Notes under the pieces: model-generated
Database searches by the model: none
The model's input: only the letters and a program-made list of their open reading frames with translations
Told to the model about the DNA's origin: nothing
Translations under genes and position numbers: made by a program
NCBI GenBank assembly: GCA_023515725.1
Contig: JALDTO010000146.1
Coordinates: forward strand, 310,001 to 374,000
Source: Amoeboaphelidium protococcarum X5
Lineage: Eukaryota > Fungi > Aphelidiomycota
Reading direction: 5' to 3'
Length of the DNA stretch: 64,000 nt
Shown here: positions 12,787 through 24,247 of the stretch, in pieces
Numbering within the stretch: position 1 is the first letter of the stretch
Layout of the letters: each line of letters begins with the position of its first letter

Positions 12787-13510
12787 TATTAAAGAATGGA
12801 TTTGTCTTCTGCAGATACTGAAGCATTATCCTCCGACTGAAACCCGATATGAAACTCCCCAAATAGCATGGTTTCGAAATTTTTGAAGCTAGATTCTCCT
12901 CATCCTGATACTTTAGATAGAAGCTTCCATCACTTAAGGCTCTCATTGATACACCTCCATACTTGACATGGTACTTGATGAATTCTTCATGGAGATGAAT
13001 GATCACGTTTTCATCAAGTATTGGTCTTTGGATGGTCTTGCCATATAATCCATTCATCATCAACTTTGCAAGGTTATACAATGCCGTGCCCTTTCTAGCA
13101 TTCTTTTCGAACTCATACAGATAATTGATATAGTTCCCGAAAACATTTTGAGTCTTCTCCCAATAGTAGCCTTCTACTATTGTCACGGTGTACCCATTTG
13201 CCAAAGCATTGTCAATATCAACAGAGTTGTAGATTCCATATCCATCACGCAGATCCCATATCAAACGCCCTTCTTCTCTGCGAGGGAGTATGCCATCCAA
13301 AAGATTCTTATTAGTTACGTAGTTAATCTGATAGATGCCTACTTTAGGACATTTGGCAGTCTTCTGAATCAATTCGTTAAAGTATTTAACAGATGGAGAA
13401 TTTGGTTTCAAAGTGTTTGGAATACCTACAGGAAATTCATTCTGCATAGCTGCAGGATATAGTGAGTTCACGTCTGCATCAACAAGATAATCATCATAAT
13501 TATAACTATC
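12787..13510 (-). pseudogene. Protein-primed family B DNA polymerase, middle part (exonuclease region absent)
   Basis: DVNSLYPAAM (motif A), KLMMNGLYGK (motif B), YLGSFISGFSR. Joins in frame to the 3967-4484 half once the insertion and one TSD copy are removed. Confidence 0.92.
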
Positions 13511-15236
13511 GATTGTATTGTTGTAGTGTCCGATTAAATTCATATATCAAGCGATGGGTATAGAGTGGTTCTCATAGCGCGTCCAACTCCCAGAGTCATT
13601 CAAATGTATTGGATTTACGCATCAGCGATCTGAGATAGGACACTGCAATTGATATTCCATCTGATGGCTAGGTGATCCTTAGACAAGTGAGAGTCCATGC
13701 TGTGCGAGTGACTAAGGGTTAATGCTTTATCATTCTACGTCAGGGTGGCGAGACCCTTTAGGCTATCGTGACAGTAGATTAAACTGGATCTACAGCTTCG
13801 TTATTTAAATAGTGTCAAAAGTAAGTGTTGTATTAAATCATCATCTAATTCTTTAATGTGTAATTTTATTGAATTTGTGCAAATTGTAGACTAAAGATAG
13901 AGTCGATTGTAAATGTTCGAGGCAGATTGGCTCATTTGGATAATGGACAGCGGATCAAAGCATGTACTGTACATGGATATGAACTACACGCGACAGCACT
14001 TGATATCGTCAGTGCTCCGACTTTGGAGAAATTGCCATTCAGCACTGCCGATGCTAATATTGTTGATCGCATCCACTTGGACACGCGTCTAGATAATCGA
14101 GTACTAGATCTTAGGGTAAGAACATTTAGTGTATAATCTCTCTAAACATAAATCCATATGATTTATAAAGATGTACTTTTTTAATGTAGAGCAGTGTTAA
14201 CTAAGCCATATTCTAAATTTGACATGGTGTGACTTAAGCGTTTAGATAGTTTATGCTGTAGAATGACTTTATAGAGATTCATACACCTAAATTGATATCT
14301 GCTGCCAGCGAAGGTAGTGGCTCTAATGTATTTAAAGTTGACTACTCTTTTAGTTAATAATCTTTGGTTGATGGTTCGCTCTTGTCTAATACATATCAGG
14401 ATGGAATGACTAAAAATGCTGTTACTAAATAGGATACGTAGAATGCGTACCTAGCTTAGTCTCCATAGCTGTACAAGTAGATGATGATTTGTGCCGATTA
14501 TGAACGCGTATTTGAGATTGGACCAGTGTTCAGGGCGGAGAACTCTCACACCCATAGACATTTGACTGAATTTACTGGATTGGATTTCGAGATGTAGCTT
14601 AGAGGGGATGATGCTGTGGATTAGGCTGTTCATATGATTGACCGCTTGTTTAGATATATCTTTACCGCGCTGGATAGAGAGTACTATCAGTAAGGAGACA
14701 TTGTGAATAGATCGTTTTAGAGTTAAGCCTTCTAATTATCTAAAGAGACTCCGATACTGGAGCACAGAGATGCTGTCTAGATGCTTCTAGATGCATGTGT
14801 ACACATGGACCCGATGGATGATTTCAGTACAGAGAATGAACGACTGCTTGGGCGTCTCGTCAGAGATTAGTTCTAAACTGACTTTTTCATTGTCAAGAAC
14901 TTCCCACTGGAGGTGAGACCATTTTACACAATGCCTGATTAGCGTGGTGATGATAGACACTTATACTCGGTGTCTTATGATGCATACATGAGAGGGGAAG
15001 AGATACTGTCTGGTGCATAGCGTATTCATGATTACCGAATGCTTGTTGATAGAGCTGAGAAGAAAGGTGTTGATGTGAATTAGATTCAGAGCTACATGGA
15101 TGCTTTCCGCTACGGTGCACCACCTCATGTAGGTGCTGGTATTGGCTTGGAGCGCGTGGTGATGCTCTATCTCGACTTGAAGAATGTCCGCCGCTCTTCA
15201 ATCTTCCCGCGAGATCCCAAGCGTAGTACACCTTGA
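13510..15236 (+). pseudogene. Aspartyl-tRNA synthetase (eukaryote/archaeal type), lacking a start codon and with a premature TGA
   Basis: OB-fold CFIILRQ...[63 protein letters not shown]. Introns 13821-13889 and 14116-14189. In-frame TGA at 14220-14222. Confidence 0.85.
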
Positions 15237-15330
15237 TTGTACTAGTGACTATTTGGCTAGATGAATAGAACTTAGATTTGAATAATGTTTGTATATTTCA
15301 AAGATACATGTTTAATTTTTAACAATCTAA

Positions 15331-17457
15331 TCAATTTATAAAAGGATTCTAGAGTAGTTTGCGCCGTAACATTATACTTAAAACAATTCCACACACTGAG
15401 ATTACCAAGTAGAAGACCAACATTGAATCGTACTGTCCATTATATTGAGAGACACCAGATGGTACGCGCTTTGCTTTAGGAGCTATCGATATGAGCCATG
15501 CTATGAATATTGGCGTAGTAAAGAACGTGGCATTAAGCAGACACGAAGATACACCATATGCACTAGCCACTTTAGCTTCTCGCTGCGTTTTCGGATGAAC
15601 AAGAATTGGCCTTGGAGATACAATATTTTTATCGCATAGATCCACTGTGTTTTCAATACTTGTCTTTATCAACTTGCTGCTGCTGACACCATCATTATCC
15701 AGTAATAGAGGAGCAGCGGATGGCAATTCAGATGCTGATTAATCAATCACAGCCAAGTCGGGAGATAACTTTGTGTATTTCGATGCATCATGAATAGTCT
15801 CTGCCATTAGGCTGTATATCACAGAGCCAAATGTAGCATATCCTGCGCCCAATATAATCAAAATGGTTCCTGGACCAACGTGGCTGATCCAAAACAGTAG
15901 ATGAGCAATTGATATACAGACACCGCTGAATATTAGTTGGCTCGCTTTAACAACCTGGCGACCGCGGAGAGATGACAGCTACTGCTCACCGAATATGAAC
16001 GGCTTCTCTGCTAGATAGGCTATCACGGGCATTGATATCACAGACAGAGTATCCGGAATACTGACGAGAGATGATGCTTTGACACCACTGTTCTATGCGG
16101 ATGAATCTTAATCTGAAAAGTACTTGGCATCTATAAATGCAGTAGCCATAGGAAGAAATGATATTGTAGCCGTAGAATAGCAGATCAGTATGAGAATAGT
16201 CATCCAATAAGTAGCTGGTAAATCTTCAATATCTCTGGGCAGTAGTGACCGAAATTGATTAGTCATTGATGCTAGTACTCGACTTGTCCATGTAGACCGT
16301 CGATCAATGGTCGATGATAAAGACTCTTGAGAGGAAGTCACAATATCAACATGGCTATGATTATAGACGATATTGGAGGAGTTGGTGACAATGTTTAATA
16401 AATTTATCGCCTCCTTTGAAGATTAACGACTTTATTACCGAGATTAAGTTCTCCTTCTATTCGTCTCCAGCATTGGACTTTCTACAACATTGGGCACTCT
16501 ATCCAAAAGGACACTTTTATCGCTTCCTGGAAATTGCTCAGCTATAGACTTGGTCAAAACTGTTTAGGCATTTACTTATTATTCTACTCCTAAAGCTGCA
16601 TCCGCATTATCGTTAAGTGCATCTAATTATGGCGCGGATTAAATATTATCACCTAGATAGATCATAGCGAAGGATGATGCGACTGATATCAGACTCACAC
16701 CACATATAAACCAAGCAACCTGCGTCAAACCGACTGTTGCGGCCATAGGAGGTAGAATATTATAATCGAGCACGGATGTAAGTCGCCCAACACTAATTGT
16801 AATAGCCATTGCGAAGGATAGAGATATAAAATTGACCGACTGTACAGACACAGTGCCTTTATCATCAGACGATCCCGAGTCATCCATAAAGTGCTTGGCT
16901 ACCAGAGACGATTACACAATAGCTAAAGTTTCTGATCCAAGGCCCAGGAGAAATCTACCTACAAGCATCACAATGTACCCAGCCACCTATTAATCCTTTA
17001 GCTAGAGACCAGCGGCGAACACTATCGCGCTCACAAACACAGTGGATACTAGTATGAGGAGACTTTGGTTGAATCCAAATCGCCCAATAAGAGAACCAGA
17101 GTAAATGGGCAACACGATATTAGGCAAACTGTAGATAGAGTACAGCGAGTTGAATCTAAACTGGAAATTCTCCAGATTTTTATCATTAATCTCTTGTTAC
17201 TATTGCTACTACTACTAGTCACCCGGTCGACTACTTCCCAAGTTCCAGTAATCTTACAGGCTCGTAGCCACGGTGGCGGGATAATCGTAACTTACAGATG
17301 AGCCAAACATCACAGCACACGCCAGTAACAGAATGCTATATCGCCGCAAGTTCATCAAATCAGTCGGTGTCTTGGCCGCCATCCAAAAGTATATGAAACT
17401 TGAAAATATACCACCGACAAGCACCACGCCGAACACTAACATAAACGACAAAGCCAT
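15331..17457 (-). CDS. MFS transporter, MFSD1-like, 708 aa
   Basis: FGSSVSYDYPA, LYSIYSLPNIVLP, GRFLLGLGSE motifs and multiple hydrophobic helices in a single TAR=Gln frame. Confidence 0.85.
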
Positions 17458-17794
17458 GTTACGACTTCTCTAAAGCGGATTATTGATACTGATGGCCAGA
17501 ATTGAATGCCAACTAATTATGGAAGGATACTTATACAGCAATATTTAGCTCTTACAACAGAAATGAGAGGATTTAAGGTGCTAGTCATTCATTATCAGTC
17601 AGGTTAGAGTAAGCACCATGGCAACAGACACGATAGACTTTCAATCAAGACGATTAATCACTCAAGGCTTATTGCCCATGTTATAATCTTTTATGCGTGA
17701 CAATTAAAGAGGTAAATGGTAATGATATAGTTAGAAATCAAATATTATAAGAATGCGTCATAAATTTAATAATTATATATGCGATAATAAAGTA

Positions 17795-18851
17795 TCACTA
17801 CTTCAAGCCATGATTACCGGCGTTTGGTTCTTACAGAGATGCTCTGGAATCGGCAGCTGGACGATTACCCAGACTGCCAGCCACACCAGCAGCCTCTTGA
17901 ACTGCACGAGCAATCGTTGAACGAACCTTACCATCTTCCAGACACAGGATACCGGCAATAGTACATCCACCTGGAGTGATAACTTCATCTTTCAACTCAC
18001 TAGGATGTTTGCCAGTCTTGAGATACATCTCTGCGGCACCCTTCATAGCACATGCAGCAAGTTCCAGTGCCACCTCACGCGACAGTCCCATCATCACTGC
18101 ACCATCAGCCAGAGCTTCCATCATGACACATGCAAAAGCTGGACCACTGCCACTCAGAGAAGTGCAGGCATCCATGTGCTTCTCATCCAACACCTTAATC
18201 CTACCAAGAGGCTGGAACAGAGTGGTGGCAATCTTCTTGTGAACTGACGTGGTGTTTGAGTGTGCAGCGGTACTTATCACAGTCATACCTTGCCTGATTT
18301 TACATGGAGTATTAGGCATCGCACGAATGACCACAGTCTTAGGTAGCCACTTCCTAAATTGGGCAATCCTTAAACCACTACATACACTGATAAGCATCTT
18401 GCCAACCAGAGCATCCACCATCTGACCATTTCCGTGTGCGATATCCTCCTCAAACATTTATCTGGCAATGTGAGGCTTGGTGCATATCAATACAATATCA
18501 GCCCATTTACAGAGCTGAACTGCTGCGGATTCATCGTTATCAGCAGACTGGACATCCAGCACCGTATCACTGCTCCCATTAGGCGAGTGTCCATTCTGAG
18601 CAGTGGAAGACTATGATGAATGGGAAGAGAATTTCTCTTGCAGCAGTTTTGCAGACTCTTCAGACCCAACCAGACACTTGATATTCTACATACCAACCAC
18701 ACCAGACTCTATCAGGCCACTTAGAATAGCCTTACCCATTGTTCCACACCCAATACTACACACCCACACACACACACAATGGATGATAACAATTTCAGAC
18801 ATACTAAACCATATATACTTACATTGCCAACTTTCCTACTTGATCCTGCAT
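17795..18851 (-). CDS. PRO3: Pyrroline-5-carboxylate reductase
   Basis: IGCGTMG, RAMPNTP, LSGSGPAF, VITPGGCTIAG. Intron 18756-18822. Confidence 0.95.
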
Positions 18852-19287
18852 TGTATCAATAAATCAATTCTGCTACCGCTAAATGTAATAATAAAGACTA
18901 GTAACAAAAGTATATTTGACTGGGTATTGTTGATGGAAAGGAGAAGATTCGATCGATTGAAATTTGTGTTTAACTGTTGTTTGATCTTCAACGGGCGGGA
19001 GGCAACAACAATAACAATAAAACAATCCCTTGACTCGGGAAACCAGGGCCGATGTGAGCTGTGATTGACGCGTCACTACTCGATGGTTTTTTCTGTGCCA
19101 ATCGATGATCAATGACTTGACTGACGGCGCGCAATGTCTCTCTCTCTACAGCGCGCCTGCTTTGTCGGGTCACACAGCCGAGAGACGCGCGCCGGATGTG
19201 ATCAGAGACGAAGCCTGAGCCAAAACGATGTTTAAAGCACAGGGAGAAGATTGAAAACTACTCATTCACGGAAAAGACCGATATACG

Positions 19288-19863
19288 ATGACAACTGGTG
19301 AAAGTGAAAATTCAAAGGGAGGATTATCACACGCTGAATAGGAAGCACTGTTAAATTATACGTGGAAGCAGACGTTGAATGAGGTGGATCTGTGCTTTCC
19401 TCTTGGATCCGCAATTCAGCTGAAAGGTCGCGACTTTAGTATTGACATCAAGAAAAAGAGCCTTAAGGTGGCGCTGAAAGATAAAAGTCGCGTGCTAGCA
19501 GAAGGAGAACTGTATGGAGAGATTTTAATTGATGATTCCACTTGGACGTTGATGAATACCGCAGCTGGTCAAGTGTTGGATATTCATTTGGAGAAGGCGA
19601 CCAGTGCGTCAATGAAATGGTGGCCGCACGTACTTACCCATGAACCTCAACTTGACACCTCCAAAATAGAGCCAGAAAATAGTAAACTTAGTGATCTGGA
19701 TGGTGAGACACGTGCTGTAGTTGAGAAGATGATGGTTGAGCAGAGAGCCAAAGCGGCCGGTCAGTCTGCGGTTGATGATAGTGAGCGCAAGAAGATGGAG
19801 ATGCTTGAGAAATTCAAAGCTCAGCATCCAGAAATGGATTTCTCGAATGCCAAATTCAGCTGA
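19288..19863 (+). CDS. nudC: Nuclear movement protein NudC
   Basis: YTWKQTL, DDSTWTL, PENSKLSDLDGETRAVVEKMM, FKAQHPEMDFSNAKF. Confidence 0.95.
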
Positions 19864-19926
19864 ATTGTAATAATATCATTAAATACTTTGCGTTAGCAGT
19901 AAAATCTTATTATTTTTTTGTATTTA

Positions 19927-20328
19927 TCATTGCATAGCAGTCTCCTTCTAAACTCTAGAGTGATAAGCTTTGGACACAATATTCCACGCGTCCATGTATC
20001 TGTCCATGCACTTGGCAAGACATGTCTACTCAGAGCTATCCAGCTTGGTACCAGGCTTGGTGACGCACTTCTTGAAGCATTTATCATTCATTGTCTACAC
20101 ATGAAGAAGATACGGTTCATAGCGCGAACGTAGAGTAATTCATAAATTAGAATATCATAATGAGATAGGACGACTTACATTTAAAAGCTCCTGGGCATTC
20201 AACACGGCCATCTCGGCGCGTACTTGGTCCATAATTTAATCTTTCTACTACAGTACTTACGCGCCATTTAGTCCACCCATTGAAGAGTCGATATCAGGCG
20301 AAGAGCTGGCTGTCGATGAGAAATCCAT
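19927..20328 (-). CDS. TIM13: Mitochondrial small Tim chaperone Tim13
   Basis: AVLNAQELL, twin CX3C (CFKKC, CLAKC), MDRYMDAWNIVS. Intron 20095-20178. Confidence 0.93.
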
Positions 20329-20526
20329 TCTTGATTATTGTAATTATTTGGCGTTTAGCAAATGCTGAATGATTAAAAAGTGAACAAAAGATGGATGAAA
20401 AGCGAGGCCAGCGAGAGACCGACTGACATCTCAAGGTAAATTATAAACGGCAACTAAAAAAATGATTAACGCTAATTAAAATACTTTGATTTACAACAGA
20501 AATATAGATTCAAATGTACATGATGA

Positions 20527-22056
20527 TCAGCATTGGAATTAAGATACGCCGACTATGGTCCAACACTAAGAGTCAGACAAGGAGTCGACATCGGCTCTCA
20601 CACGAGAAGATGGACACAAAGCGGTGAGTGGCAAAGATACTGACTAATCTTGATCAGCCCGACTAGTACCTAGATATTTAATAGCGTGCCCATTTTATGA
20701 TATTTCAGCGACTTGTAAAGCCACTCGGTGCATTTAGCTCACGTAACAATCAGTCTGCTACGAGTCCAAAATCACTTGATTGTCCTTTCCCAGTCTGACT
20801 ATCCTGCAAACAACATCCATGTTCAATGCATCCGTCTCCACAGGACTGAGAACAACATATGTATTGTAAGCAATCGGTGTGCCAGCAGGTGCGTAAACTC
20901 TCGAACCATCACGGCAAGAAAGCAGAGAACGAACAATCATTGGAGTCCAGTCTTACGAGTCAGCAGTTAAGTGTCGTCGATGTTATAACTAATTCTATGA
21001 CAATGTCTACCCAACATTTATGTAACGCGTTCGCACATTCTAACAATTGATACGATTAAAGAATGCTACATTATCACCACATAAAATGGACCCAACTGGT
21101 GCTTTAATACCGGGCCGACCCAACGCAGCAGTCTGTCCATGCTGTTTAGATTTGGTCACTTTCTTGGAAGGCTTAGATATAAGCTAGATGTTGCATGATA
21201 AAGCTTCATAAATGCCGCCATCTACATTTGCACTAAGCTTAAGGTTCACATGACCAACTTTATGACTATCATGACCAGCTTGCGACGACCGCGAGGTAAC
21301 AGTGGACGGAACATGAAGAGACTTGAAGGAACATGTTGCAATACCATTAGCAGGCAAACTCAATTTACTCAACTGATCAGCAGCCGATATCTCTTGGCTA
21401 TTTATACTCAAACCCAATCTGAGAACACCATTAACATCTTTACCAAATCTTGACTGATCAGATACGGCTACTTTTGGTGGAGGACACATAAAACGCTTCT
21501 CTTGTCCATAAGATTTCTAAACAACAACCGCGTGCCAGCATTCAAAACGATAATGTTAAGCTCTCTGAATATAATCTCCAGACAAAGGGGAAATTGACTC
21601 TTGTATTGAAGCAGGTAGAGCAACAGGATACGGCATCTATACAGCGCACAGTCTAGGAGAAGGCGTGGGTGCAATCTATGGAGGCGACGCATAACCAGAT
21701 CTTCTGTCAAAATCCGAAACAACTGAAGATGCATCAGACGATGTGTATTCATCATGTGGGGTCTCTGAGTAGAGCAGATTCTAAATCGCTAATCGGTTGC
21801 TATGAAACTGGCGACGATCCTTTGATAAGCAATCTTTGCCAAATGATGATAATCCTTGAACGTTATCTGCAGCTTCAATAGCCATTAGAAGAACATCAAG
21901 ACCAGTCTGCTATTATTGATGCGGTACTGGAGCGGTTTTCACACAGATACGTTTCGTACTAGCTAACTCGCCATGATCACTAGAGTCGAGACAACGCTTC
22001 AACAAGCCAGATTAAGCGGGCGGTAGTGACATTTAAGCAGAAGCAGGCGGAATCAT
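20527..22056 (-). CDS. CSL (CBF1/Su(H)/LAG-1; Cbf11/12) family transcription factor, 509 aa
   Basis: HAVVVQKSYGQEKRFMCPPP (first Q=TAG), FKSLHV, ISKPSKK, VAFFNRINCQNVRTRY, VSQMHRVAL, WTIVG. These are LAG1 DNA-binding and beta-trefoil motifs. No C-terminal IPT domain evident. Confidence 0.92.
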
Positions 22057-22162
22057 TATTTATACAGAAAGACAGAGTGTTATATATCCCAATAGTTGAT
22101 AGATAGATAGATAGATAGACAAAATAAAGAAGTGAATGAACAAGTAATGACGATAAAGAGCC

Positions 22163-22651
22163 AGTGGGAAATATTTGAGGCAAGCCGTGTGAAAGATCGA
22201 TTGTGATTTTCAACAATCGTGTGGAGTCAACTCCGCCTGCGTGATTTTCCGTTTCGTCGGTTCCCACGATTGTAATGGCAGCGCGGCAAACAACGGCAAG
22301 TGAAAGACGCTTATAAGACATAAACTCCCGTGTATTAATTTGACAATCAAATATAGACAATGCTAGTGACCAAATTAAAAATTAGTGTTTAAGCCCATAT
22401 AAATAGACACATGAAGCCTGATTAACGAGGTATCAAGGTTTGTGTGAGAATCATTGTTGGCGTGGGAACAGCTGATGCTCATCGATCGATGGCGTGTGAA
22501 AACTTTCCTCGTCATCACATCATCCAATTTCACACGGCGATTTTCACACGCTTTTAAAGTTCATTAGTGTCGATACTATGATCATGCAAGAGTTAAATCC
22601 ACCTCAACTAAAATCATAGAAGCAAGAAACATTCATTGCGATTTTCACACG
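22163..22651. promoter_or_regulatory. Cluster of CSL-type binding sites upstream of the CSL gene
   Basis: YGTGDGAA at 22186, 22443, 22461, 22493 (+) and 22261, 22529, 22543, 22644 (-), plus AGTGGGAA at 22163. Confidence 0.7.
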
Positions 22652-22738
22652 CTTTTAAAGTTCATTAGTGTCGATACTATGATCATGCAAGAGTTAAATC
22701 CACCTCAACTAAAATCATAGAAGCAAGAAACATTCATT
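22537..22738. repeat. Perfect tandem duplication, 2 x 101 bp
   Basis: Unit GCGATTTTCACACG...AAACATTCATT starts at 22537 and again at 22638. Confidence 0.95.
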
Positions 22739-22752
22739 ACGATCAAACACAT

Positions 22753-23811
22753 TCAAATTTACAATGTAAGATGTTATGATACTGACTTGGAGTCATCATC
22801 TACTAAGTACTTGGCAATGATCTCCTCCGAAAGCCATTGCTATTCAATTTGCATGTGGCCGCCATCTTTGATGAGTAAAATCAGGCGATCGCTCTCATCC
22901 AACTGTTTCAGACCAATCCAATCATCCTTATACAGTTCAGATTCGCGTAATGACACTAAGCGCTTACCACTATCACTCCATTGTCCAAACCAGGCAGTTT
23001 CTTTAGGAATAGCCATAGTGTCATTGCTGAACATCACCAATACCAACTTGTTTAATTTAAGCATATTGTTCTTGTAAGCTTCATTCTTACCGGCCTTCTC
23101 ATTATTGATGTCTGGTAGAAATATGTTGGACCATAAGTATGAATCCAACTACTAAATATCGCGATAGTATTAGGCCTGAATCACGCGAGATTGAACTTGA
23201 GGTAGGTATACACCCCTCTTAATTGCCATTCTAGCCAAGCTACACCACCAAGAGCTTTAGACTACATCGTTAGAATCGTCTCCAAGTAGTGTCTCTTGTA
23301 TCTCATCACAATTAGGCATAGCAGATTATCCGCCGTGCTGAGAGCCAAAAGTGATCAAATTATGAACTTGAACAGAGTTGCAACGCTCAACATAAGCCCT
23401 CAAAACCTGTCCACCTTATGAGAATCCGAGAGCATTAACACCAGAAGCTTTTAACAGATCCAAATCAGATTAGGATACTGATTTCATGGTGCGTAAATTA
23501 ATCACATTGACGCCTGAGTTCGATTTACCATTCATAACATTACACAATCCCTGTACTTGATCATTCAGATTGCCAAAGAAGGAAGCTTTTTAATCAGAAT
23601 CTGCACTGCCATCACCGATTTGTACCGAGTAAACATTAACATCTGGTAAATGATCCCATATAGATTTAGCCACACTGAGCATTGATCTTTCGTTGCAACA
23701 ACTGTCCCCCATACCATGCCACAGCAACACTGGCTTTCCCTGTTATGACGCGTTGATTACACATTGAGACAGAGCTATAACTGTCAATATAATATTTTTT
23801 GCAGACATCAT
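22753..23811 (-). CDS. PPT1: Palmitoyl-protein thioesterase
   Basis: Signal peptide, LWHGMGDSCC, GFSQGG (Q=TAA), NLITFGSQHGG, FLPDINNE, DWIGLKQLD. Confidence 0.95.
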
Positions 23812-24247
23812 AGCTATTTAGTAGAATTTTGGTCAATTGAAAACAGAAAGATTTAGTAGAAAAGGCTAAAAATTTTAGAAATAGTTAAAGCTCCTCCTGA
23901 ACTGAGATAGATGTGTGTGATTGGAGCACAATTCAGTCACCTTTGGTAAAGCCACAATAACAGGCCCAGAACTCAGTTACCTATCACATGACTTTCGTTT
24001 CAGGAATTGCCAAACTTTCACAAAATATCTTTGAAAAGAGAAGCAATGACTGAAATAAAAAAATATTAATAATAATGCCTTTGACTTGATTCTCCTCCCC
24101 TCTTCATTATGTGTAAACTCCTCCATGCTAAATCTCGCGCGCGTAATTCTTTTCTTTTCCTCTCAATTCAAAACACTTTACAACAACAGTACTTTATACG
24201 AGTCTTGCGCATAATTATATACTGCCGCTGTGTAGACAAAAAGTACC

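Larger units (their letters stand above)
2660..13510 (-). mobile_element. Remnant of a Polinton/Maverick/adintovirus-like endogenous DNA virus (pPolB followed by rve integrase)
   Basis: Adjacent co-oriented pPolB and rve-INT genes 38 bp apart. No capsid, protease, packaging ATPase or TIR recognised in the window. Confidence 0.8.

Noticed and set aside
14220-14222. TGA as a sense codon (Trp or Sec)
   Set aside because: Trp is TGG elsewhere, TGA ends all intact genes, and this copy also lacks its 5' end, so a nonsense mutation is simpler.
22443-22550. Su(H) paired site (head-to-head sites 15-17 bp apart)
   Set aside because: The closest head-to-head pair (22493 and 22529) is 28 bp apart.
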